DNA of 64,000 nucleotides from Octopus sinensis (taxonomy: Eukaryota), in the NCBI RefSeq assembly GCF_006345805.1, contig NC_043001.1:96348001-96412000 (forward strand), in the 5' to 3' direction. Both the position numbers and the translations under genes were made by a program. How positions within the stretch are numbered: position 1 is the first letter of the stretch; each line of letters opens with the position of its first letter. Shown here piece by piece: positions 53,521 through 64,000 of this stretch. Below the pieces are notes generated by a model. It saw nothing but the letters and a program-made list of their open reading frames with translations, did no database searches and was not told the origin of the DNA.

Positions 53521-53573
53521 GTTAATCGTCGTTCGACTCCATTCTTTCATTTATCTCCTCTCTCTCTCTCTCT

Positions 53574-53638
<65 letters not shown>

Positions 53639-55869
53639 GCACACACATATATTACATATAGAGTCCTTTCTCTGTTAACTTGTCCTGTTTTCCATTTTTT
53701 CTCGTTGTTTAAATATTTCCCTCATTTTTCCCTCGTTTGTTTACGTATTTTATGTCATTTGCACCGCTTGTGACGTCCTATACCCATATATGCATATACA
53801 TTATTTATTATTTAATTGAACGCGATACTTACATTTCCAAGTAAGTTTATCGTCACCTTTTTGATGCCAATCTCTACTCTATACTGTTTTCTTCCTCCAT
53901 CCTTCTCTAATTCCCTTTTTCTCCTCCTTCCTCCTTCGTCGTTCTCTATCTGTCTCTCTCTCCCGTTATTTCTCTCTTTTCTCTCTCTCTCTCGTTCCTC
54001 ACACGTGACCATCGTCAATCTTTCTTTTCTTCAGGTGAGCATATTTTTTTCCTGCACGGACTTTTAAACGAACGGACGTGTATTTCTCTGTCTCTTCTAT
54101 CTTTTCTATATTCAAAACATGTTTCTCCCAGCGTTCACTATTTTCCTCCTGTTCTGGTCTAACGACCCCACCTATGTTGCTTGTTGAAAGGATGATATAC
54201 AGAGCAGAGGAGAATGACGAAGTAAAAGTATATATAACCAGGTTATACTTTTAAAACTGCATACACAAAGCACATCCATAGTTTTACACCTTGAAGTAAG
54301 ATCGATACTGCATTACTTTCAAAATTTGTTTCGAATGAAAAAAATATAGGCATATTTACACGATAAATTAGACTGTTGTCGCAAAGGGAAGGGGATAAAG
54401 CGGTCGTTTGTAGCTTTTATCATCTATGCGTAATCAAGAAGCTCAATTTTCTGATCATGTCCGGTGATATTCTAAACATGAAAACCAAAACATTTTCTTC
54501 TTGTCTTAATCAAAAACATACGACCTCCAAGCGTTTAAACATATTGTTGCACGAGTGAATTTGGTATTGGAAATTGGCTGCATCTACAACTGATACTTGA
54601 GTTACTGAGGAATTCTATATTCAAATTCCATACAAAAAATTCAAACCAAACTGTAGATTACTCTTATCTTAAGAGAAATAAAATTGTTTTCCTTTATAAT
54701 GAAAATATTTTTCTGCCTTTACCAATTATGAACAACCTTCAGCTGTAATTTTCTTCAGCTAAGAATTGCCAAACCTACCCTGTAACTCTTAACCAATCGA
54801 GCGGCGAGGTCCTGGTGCCATCATGGATTTTATTAGTGTCGTTTTCATAACAGATTACCATTAAAATCAGATAGATCCAGAAAGCGTGCACCAGGCGAAT
54901 AAATACAATTAAATTTTCATCTGGTATTGACTGCTTTTCTCCTGTGGTTAGCAAAACATACATACACATATACAAAAACACACACATGCATACAAAAATT
55001 CACACAGACACATACACTCACGCAAGAACACTCATACAGACATGCACATTTATACATATACATAAATGTGTATATATATATTGGTGAACAATTGTATCTA
55101 GGAAAAAGACTAAGGACGTATTTTATTAAAACTTGAAGCTTCTTGAATCATAGCACTAAATTTCACGGTTCCTATTATTCAAATGAAAGAAACAGGCAAA
55201 CAGCTTAACAATATATAAGAAAAGATATTCGCGACCACCTAAAAGCATGATTACTCATCGAGATTTTATTGCCTAAAAAAACCTTGTGGAAAGGGATCAC
55301 ACATTCATTTAAGTAACGCCCACCAAACATGTGTTATATTCTATTTGTGTACAAAAATACGTGACATTTTCGTGTCATTAGTATCATATGTGTGAAACAC
55401 ACGAAAGCCAGGAAGGTAGCTATTATTAATGAAACTTTAATGCTGATGAATGATTGAATGTAGTTGTTATTATTATATTCAGTATTTGGAAATTTCTCAA
55501 TTAACATAAATAGAGGTATCTGTGAGAAGTCAGCAACTCCGATTTAGTTGAAAATTTTAAAAAATAAGACTATACCAGGGTGTTAGAGTTCTCCGAAAAA
55601 TGAAGATCAAACACCCCAAGACCATAATTATGGGACACGAATTCTGGGTTAAAACAACATGTTTTACAATTGGTAGCATAATTATCTTTTAAATTCCAAA
55701 TATATTCAGAGAAGTGGGTGTTAGCTCATCTTTGAGATTTATTGTAATCATTATATTGTTGCTTGATTCATTGCTATTTATAAGAATGACCTTAGCTTAT
55801 TAAACTAATGCTTTTGTAGAAGAGGGTAAACATTTGATGTATTGCAATACACAAACACGCACACACACG

Positions 55870-55924
<55 letters not shown>

Positions 55925-56042
55925 CACACACACACATTAATGTTTTTTGTCAAGATTTACTTAAAAACAGTTTAACATTTACTGAAGGATTACTTAAAAC
56001 TACTATTGCATATATTTTGAAAATAGTTTTGGAAGAAGCTGG

Positions 56043-56131
56043 TTGACAGTAACTTCGAAGTTTCGGCTTGCTCTCCGTCATCCGAGTGTCTGATGGTGGC
56101 GAGGAAGCCGAAACTTCGAAGTCACTGTTAT
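56043..56131. ncRNA. Inverted pair of minimal hammerhead-like motifs
   Basis: 24-bp arms acagt(a/g)acttcgaagtttcggctt; plus strand CTGATGG-tggc...gcc-GAAA-CTTCGAAG-TC; minus strand CGGATGA-cgg...gcc-GAAA-CTTCGAAG-TT. Confidence 0.6.
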
Positions 56132-56159
56132 CCTTTCCCTCGCAAAAATTAATAATGAA

Positions 56160-56425
<266 letters not shown>

Positions 56426-57003
56426 CATGTATCTGAGTGTGTATATGAGTTTCCAATGTGTGCGTGCGTGTGTGTGTGTTTGTGTCTACGTTTACACTTG
56501 CTTATTCAAACGCGTATGCCTTTGAATGTGTTGATATGTACGTGCCAATTATTTCCTCTCACAATTTTTGGAGACCAAATCAAACAGGTCATAAAATCTG
56601 CTATTCCCCCTCTAAACAAATATTTTTTTTTTTTATGAATAATCAAGTTGAGATATTTTACAACAAATTAAATGTCGAGACGCTCTTCTAGTCTAATCAA
56701 GGTTTCAGTTGATATATGTCGGAGGCACCAATATTAAATGACTCATGATTTGAAATTGCAGCTAAAATTAGATGCATTGGCATCCATAAATCACGAATTA
56801 GTTCCGATTTATATTAAGTCTAAGAGGTCGCGGGGAACTGTTATAAATTCTGATTACTGTAATCCCTCGCCACATCGCGGTTCACCTATTGCGGTATATT
56901 GTTTAAGCATACATCGATTCCTCCGTGATGTTGTTTTGTATTTATAATAAAATAAATATATACAAATTATAAAGATAATAAAAAAAAGAATACACAGTTC
57001 AGT

Positions 57004-57171
57004 GCGCAGGAGTGGCTGTGTGGTAAGTAGCTTGCTTACCAGCCACATGGTCATGGGTTCAGTCCCACTGCGTGGCATCTTGGTCAAGTGTCTTCTGCTA
57101 TAGCCTCGGGACGACTAAAGCCTTGTGAATGGATTTGGTAGATGGAAACTGGAAGAAGCCCGTCGTATATG

Positions 57172-57217
<46 letters not shown>

Positions 57218-57310
57218 TGTTTGTGTTTCTGTGCTTGTTACCCCAACATCGCTTGAAAACCGTAACTTAGCGGTTCGGCAAAAGAGACCGATAGAGTAAG
57301 TACTAGGCTT
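57004..57310 (+). mobile_element. SINE family A, 3'-truncated
   Basis: Homology to A consensus. Confidence 0.88.
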
Positions 57311-57561
57311 TCTCTATTCGCAAGAGATCTTGAAATAAACTGAATAATGACATACATGCGTACGTACATCGAGCATTAGTATAGTATGCCGTTTCGAAAT
57401 TTCTGACTGAGTGAATTGCGTCATGGTGATGGTCTTCTCATAGACGGTGCCCAACTAACTCTACGATAAAGTCGAGAAATTCAAAAACAAACAAGCGCAT
57501 GTGCGAAATTAAAAATGTAATATGGCAACAATTTACGCATCGCATCCTCTCTCTCTCTCTC

Positions 57562-57625
<64 letters not shown>

Positions 57626-57626
<1 letters not shown>

Positions 57627-57950
57627 TGAAGTAGATAAATGAATTATCTTATTACGGATTATTCAAATGATAACCGATACCTGGGTAGCAAAAATCACAA
57701 CAGAAAAATCACGGTTGAGGTTACGACCATGGGGTCTCAAACCCGTGCCTTAGTGCGGAAATTTGAAGTTTTATATATTTAGTGTAGGAAGAAATGGAGC
57801 TGAACGAAGATTTAACAAAATTCCTTTTTATTATTTTCTACATATGTTTCAAAAGCTGCAAAATCCCTAATTCGGATTGAATAAGGAGTCCATTTTGCAG
57901 CCTTCTCTTCGGGAAAATCCAGGAACTTAATTCTCCAACAAAATGCACAG
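57626..57950 (-). mobile_element. Solo PLE terminal repeat related to 50563-50891, with hammerhead (57815-57930)
   Basis: Shared taaccgatacc(c/t)gggtagcaaa and atttaacaaaattcct; HHR ttttc-CCGAAGA-gaaggctgcaaaat...attttgcagctttt-GAAA-CATATG-TA-gaaaa. Confidence 0.8.
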
Positions 57951-57963
57951 CAAGCTTTTCTAC

Positions 57964-58043
57964 AAACGCTCACGAGGAGCCCATGGGATTAAAAAAAAAA
58001 AAAATTTTTTTTTTTTTAATCCCATGGGTCCTCGTGAGCGTTT
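57964..58043. repeat. Loop-less palindrome centred on A14/T13
   Basis: aaacgctcacgagga(g)cccatgggatt-A14-T13-aatcccatgggtcctcgtgagcgttt. Confidence 0.95.
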
Positions 58044-58046
58044 CTT

Positions 58047-58079
<33 letters not shown>

Positions 58080-58095
58080 CTTCCATAGAATATAT

Positions 58096-58144
<49 letters not shown>

Positions 58145-59111
58145 TATTCTTTATTTATTATTTGCCTATTTAAGTGTAGATGTTTACATACATATCAAGT
58201 CATCTAATTTGCTACCTATTTATTTTTTACTTATTTACTTATACTGGGGTAGTTTTATACATACATATCTATCATTATTTTTATTTAATTTAATAATATA
58301 TGAAACATATATACTGGTTTGTACTTATAATTATGTGTATAACCGTATTTATTCCTTCGTATTTATTCTTCTATATTTTATCTCTTTTCATCTTAAGTCT
58401 TTATATATAAAATTATTTAAAATTTCTGTGATGTTCTCATAAGCGTTTACATTAATACTTCCCCTTCTATTCTTAATGCCTAAACTGGTATATTATGGCA
58501 CTATATTTATTAAGTTAATAAGTGACTTATTTATAAGATTTAAATTAATATATATTTTATATTTTATATTTTATAATTTAGCGTACTTAAAACCATAACA
58601 AACTTACGATAAATCTAACAACCGTATGTTTACTCTGCAACAAACGGTGTTATATTTTTAAGTTACCCATGAATAAGTATCTGACTTAGTAACATACTGA
58701 TATTTAAAAATATATTTATATCTAAATTAAATATTTTATGGAATGCATGGATGGTTCTTCTTTGTTATTGAGGCACAGTTAAATTTTGAAGGACTAAATT
58801 GTAGCATAGTTGCTTCCCTTTTTGTTTATCTATGTGCTAGTTGTTGCTTGTTGTGATTATGGTGTATAAGTGTATGTATATACATATAACTATGTGTGTA
58901 TGTGCGATTGATCTGTAGATGCGTGTGTGAATATTGGCGTTCCCTGACTAACAACCGTATAATTCTTTTGTGATTTAAATTTCAAACCAATAGCCAATCG
59001 AATTAATCTATATTTTCTTTACCTAGTGGTCAGAATTTCTTAACTCATAGTTATTTCGATCTTGTAAGGATGGACTTGGTGCTAACTTAACTGTATCTAT
59101 TTTTTATTATA

Positions 59112-59161
<50 letters not shown>

Positions 59162-59530
59162 TATTATTATTATTATTATTAATAGTAATTTTTATTACTT
59201 TTATTAACTTTTATAGCTTTAGAATCTATGAACTGTACCACGGATTTAATTATTATTTTTCCTCCATATATGTTAGCCTTTTTTTTTATATAAAAAAAAA
59301 AACTATTAGCCAAATATGTAATATCGGTACTTATTGATATTAATATATACACTATTATATATTTTGTTTTATTTTGTTCTGTTTACCTTCCTTTTTTGTA
59401 CAAATGTGTATTATATTATATAAGTGTAGCATTATGATGTATTAAGTTTTTATATTTTACATTTTTATATTTTTATATTTATATGTTATGATTGTGTATA
59501 ATATTTTTCACTATTATAACAAATTAATTT

Positions 59531-59650
59531 AATTCTCTGAAGAGGCCGTGGGGCATCCTTGTTAATGCCTCATTTATACCTGCCTTTATGGCTTATAGGT
59601 TAAATGAGGTATGACTGTCCTCACTGCCGAAACAGCTGTCAGTTTTGATT
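59531..59650 (+). ncRNA. Type I hammerhead ribozyme with intact catalytic core
   Basis: CTGAAGA(59537)-GGCCGTGGG...CCTCACTGCC-GAAA(59629)-CAGCTG-TC(59640); inner hairpin cctcattta/taaatgagg; weak stem I. Confidence 0.75.
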
Positions 59651-59839
59651 TATTTGCATATTATATTTGAAAATTTTTTACTTATATCTCTTTATCTTTT
59701 TACTATTACTGTATATCTCATTTCATTTTATGTATTGCCTTTACTCATATGTAATGTGTATTAAAGTATGGATTGAGTATCATCGGATAGTTGATGTTTA
59801 CTACTGATTAAGTATATTTCTCCATTCTCAATTTGGTAG

Positions 59840-59872
<33 letters not shown>

Positions 59873-59939
59873 ACACATACACACACATATATACACGTCA
59901 CTAATAAATATATATGCGTGCGCGCCAGTGTGTGTGTGC

Positions 59940-60175
59940 GGGGGCATGTAGCTTTGTGATTAGGGTGTTGCGCCCATGATCGTAAGATTGTGGCTTTGAT
60001 TCCTGGACCAGGGGATACATTGAGTTCTTGAGCAAGACAGTTCATTTTACGCTATTCTAGTCCACTCACTTGGCAAAAAAAGGTGCAATGGTGGGTGGGA
60101 TCGGCGTCCCTCCCAGAATGGGGGTTTGTATACGGCTCAGGATCCGGGAAACCTGCCTTTTAAACCTTTGACTCG
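59940..60175 (+). mobile_element. SINE family D (diverged)
   Basis: gatcgtaagattgtggctttgattcctggacc...ttcttgagcaagacag...ccactcacttggcaaaa. Confidence 0.7.
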
Positions 60176-60742
60176 GGAAGAACCTTTGATTTTCTAATAC
60201 ATACATGCCCATATACGTACATACACACACATACATATCACTGATAAGTCATCGATTAGTCCAAGGCTGTAGTGAAAGCAAATCCATGTTCCTGCCAGGC
60301 AATCTTATCGACTCTACAGCCATGACTCTGCTTCTATTTAATCTAATTCGTTATTATCGCCAGTTTGAACGCATGAATTAATTATCTGTTAGTTGTGATT
60401 ACATTATTCATGATGTGATTTGAGGGGGATTTGTTTGCTATTTTATGCTGCGCGTTAACTCAACATTCCTATCGTGTTAGTAGGCTTTCAATGTAATGAT
60501 GTCATGATGTGTGCTTGTGAATGCGCTTTTGTGCGCATGCGCTCGCTTCTCTACATTGGTGTTTACATAAGTTGATGCAAGCCTTTGTGATTCTGTCAGT
60601 GGCTTAGAGGCGCCAAAATATGTGAATGTGTGTTACGTGTATGTTTTTAAGAATGTAGCCGTATGTACGTAAGTTTGGCTATATGACTGCAAATATATAC
60701 AATTATGATATACGCACACATACCACTCATACATACATACAT

Positions 60743-60786
<44 letters not shown>

Positions 60787-60923
60787 TATATATATTATAT
60801 TACATACGTATATTTATATATATTTACATATACATATGTATATATTATACATATATATATATATAATAATATTAGGGAGTATACACACCCACACATATAT
60901 ATATATATATATACATTATATAT

Positions 60924-60972
<49 letters not shown>

Positions 60973-61019
60973 ACATATATATATGTATGAGCATAGATGT
61001 AAAAATGTACGTGTGTATG

Positions 61020-61086
<67 letters not shown>

Positions 61087-61087
<1 letters not shown>

Positions 61088-61324
61088 AGGTCACGTGAGT
61101 AAATGCATCAACTAGAAAATAAGATATGAAGAATAAGGAAAAGGGAAATATATTGCTAGTAAAAAGGAAGGAAATAAAGAATGAGCTGTAATGGCACAGG
61201 AGAAGAGAGGGTAGTGTTAGTGTGTAAAGAGATGTAAAGAAAGCGAGATAATGATATAAAAATATGCAGGTTCTATGCCGATTTATGTACGTGGTCTGAC
61301 CTACTGCAAGGAAAAGTGTGCGTA

Positions 61325-61371
<47 letters not shown>

Positions 61372-62033
61372 TACACACGTACATTTATACATTTATGCTC
61401 ATACACACACTCATACAGAGAAATGAAAAACAAACAATTATTGATGTAATATATTTATACAAGTTGTCACTTTATCTTCCATAATATAATCAAATCTTCA
61501 CAGCTGTTTCGATATATCATCTGAATTGTGAATATTATTATGCTTAATATTCAATAAGTTGTAAACATCTTACGACAATATTACTGAATCGTACCAAGCA
61601 ACCGTAATATCAATATACATGTATGATGATACTTAAGTAACTTCATGCATCAAACACCGTATAAGAACTGCCAAATGCGAAGGAAGAAGTAATTTCCAAG
61701 AATAAATAGTGACAAAATGTAAGGTTGATGTAAAGAAATCTAAGTGAAGTGTAAGATAAGGTAAACGGAGAGTTATTTTAAAATGTAGAAGAGAGAACTC
61801 AAGGTCACGTGAAGTAAATGCATCAACTAGAAAATAAGATATGAAGAATAAGGAAAAGGGAAATATGTTGCTAGGTAAAAAGGAAGGAAATAAAGAATGA
61901 GCTGTAATGGCACAGGAGAAGACGAGGTAGTGTTAGTGTGTAAAGAGATGTAAAGAAAGCGAGATAATGATATAAAAATATGCAAGTTCCGTGCCGATTT
62001 ATGTACGTGGTCTGACCTACTGCAAGGAAAAGT
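61087..62033. repeat. About 232-bp direct repeat (61087-61317 and 61801-62033)
   Basis: aaggtcacgtg...ctactgcaaggaaaagt present twice with few differences. Confidence 0.92.
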
Positions 62034-62240
62034 TATAAAACCAAGTATTGAGAAAAGACGGGTCGGAGAGTAAGTGTAATCATCCATCATAAAAAGAGGG
62101 AAAGTTAGACAAAGAAGACCGCTTACTGCATTTAAAGAAAACACAGCAACTTGTTAACGACCTGGCCTAGGATAAGCGTCTCGCATAGATTTAAAAAGGG
62201 GCCAAGAGTAGCAATGAAGATGGAAGAAGAATTACCCGTA

Positions 62241-62475
62241 CAGGGTGTTCAAAACGTTTCTCCGCAGTGAATTTTTTTTCATCCTTCGCATCACCATGGC
62301 CCTACTTCAAGAGTTTTTCGGTGTATGAATTATTTCGAAGGGACTTTTGCCACCAATATCATCTGATTTATCACCGCCAGATTTTTTTTTCTGGGGTGCA
62401 AGTAAAGAATCAGTGTGCAAGAATCGCCCCAAAACAATAAAATTCTTACTGCGGAGAGACTTTTTGAAAACCCTG
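62241..62475 (+). mobile_element. 235-bp Tc1/mariner-superfamily deletion derivative (MITE)
   Basis: 28-bp TIRs cagggt(g/t)ttcaaaa..t.tctccgcagt, TA on both flanks; internal PPISSDLSPPDFF.WG...KNRPKT transposase trace. Confidence 0.85.
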
Positions 62476-62674
62476 TAGTAGAAGTTCAGAAAAAAAAAAC
62501 ATTATATACTTTTACAGCGACAAAGACAACAGAATCGATTCATGTAAGGAGAGATATAAAATTAAAAAAACAAAACACCAACGATATTTTAATATATATA
62601 TAAGGTTTTCAAAGAACGTTGAAGGACGTGTAAAGAAATACATTTAGAAATATCCAAAATATATACATGCATAT

Positions 62675-62838
62675 GCGCAGGAGAGGCTATGTGGTAAGTA
62701 GCTTGCTTACCAACCACATGGTTCTGGGTTCAGTCCCACTGCGTAGCACGTTGGCCAAGTGTCTTCTACTATAGCCTCGGGCCGACCAAAGCCTTGTGAG
62801 TTGATTTGGTAGACGGAAACTGAAAGAAGCCCGTCGTA

Positions 62839-62885
<47 letters not shown>

Positions 62886-63133
62886 TGTGTGTGTGTGTGG
62901 GTTGTGTGTGTGTGTGTGTGTGTGTGTGTTTGTGTATCTGTGTTTGTCCCCCAACATCGCTAAACAACAGATGGTGATGTGTTTACGTCCCCGTAACTTA
63001 GCGGTTCGACAAAAGAGGCCGATAGAATAAGTACTAGGCTTACAAAGAATACGTCCTGGGGTCTGATTTGCTCGACTAAAGGCAGTGCTCCAGCGTGGCC
63101 GCAGTCAAATGACTGAAACAAGTAAAAGAGTAT
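62675..63133 (+). mobile_element. SINE family A
   Basis: Full head and tail. Confidence 0.9.
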
Positions 63134-64000
63134 GTATGAAATATGTACGAAAAATTTGTAAGAAAATATCTCAAACGGTATACTTACCAAAGAGAAAGTG
63201 AGGGGCTAAAAAAGTAGTGTGCGTGTTTCCAATAAATTCAAATTTCTTAGTTATAGATTATACACAATTCTGCGCATGTCATTAACTTGCCAGGCTTTTT
63301 CTATTAGCTCTAAATAAATGTTTTACCAACTTATGAGTGAATTTCTGGTTGTGTTTTCACAGAAACGATTCTCTACATCGCAGCTACCGTATACTCCAAA
63401 TCTGGTTTGGAACGTACTCGGAAAGCTCTACAATACATTTTTCAAAACTTCAATACTATCAGATGAAGCAGAATTAACAGGATGCTGTATCTGAAATTTT
63501 ATTTATTCGGAAATTTATTTATACAGAAATTAATGTGATTCTTCTTTAGTTGCTGTATATAACCAGACAAAGCTGTAACATTCCCCTTTCTTGCTTCTTT
63601 CAAAGTAGATTTTTGATTTGCATAACAAGTCTTGAAATGTTTTCCCCACCTTCCTTATTTTGGCCATATTACACAATGTGTTCCACTACGTGGGAAAAGG
63701 AGTCATTACTGGATAAACTACCGCGTCTATATTACATGACGGTTAGAAGGCATTACCTCGCCAAATTTATAATCACATCCATTGTTAACTCTCCTACTTA
63801 CGAGTTTGGATGGTTGAGTTCCAATCTGAATATCATGTGCAGGGTAGCTTCTTGCATTGTGTCATTAGGTACATCTCCATGTTTAGAACTGTTACTTCTT
63901 GCAATGATATTGCAGCTATTAGAAAATGATCTAGAACTTTCTTTGGTGTCATGCTGGTTAGAAAGATTGCAATGTTTATTCTCAACAAGGCAGCCATTTT

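Larger units (their letters stand above)
50563..53553 (+). mobile_element. Penelope-like retroelement, 5'-truncated, with inverted terminal repeat
   Basis: RT and C-terminal GIY-YIG; 50711-50891 is the reverse complement of 53377-53553; both ends abut (TA)n/(CT)n. Confidence 0.92.

Noticed and set aside
53317-53550. 77-aa minus-strand ORF
   Set aside because: Lies antisense within the PLE terminal repeat and hammerhead
61490-61530. HHR-like CAGATGA...GAAACAGCTGTG on minus
   Set aside because: Core U4 mutated, no real stem II, and G at the cleavage position; kept only as a possible relic

Overview
AT-rich, microsatellite-dense eukaryotic (metazoan) DNA made almost entirely of repeats. The tRNA-derived SINE families match what I recognise from octopus genomes; this is an inference, not a database result. 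I cannot support any intact host protein-coding gene, and nearly all ORF-track entries are translations of (TA)n, (TATC)n, (CA)n or trinucleotide repeats. Contents: (1) four tRNA-headed SINE families, called A-D here, with about 13 copies of family A; (2) at least three Penelope-like element (PLE) ORF remnants, including a 3-kb RT + GIY-YIG copy at 50563-53553 with inverted terminal repeats; (3) about nine hammerhead-ribozyme (HHR) motifs from several PLE-type terminal-repeat families, most with core lesions and one with an intact core (59537-59640); (4) a composite element at 23658-24572 joining a tRNA-type Pol III head to an HHR-bearing tail with an inverted tail copy, which looks like a PLE-mobilised SINE or retrozyme and is the most interesting item; (5) several mariner/Tc1 and hAT derivatives; (6) R4-like, RTE-like and Tx1/L1-like LINE remnants and a doubtful Gypsy remnant; (7) a 2.1-kb A/T-tract satellite that flips orientation; (8) several fold-back hairpins.
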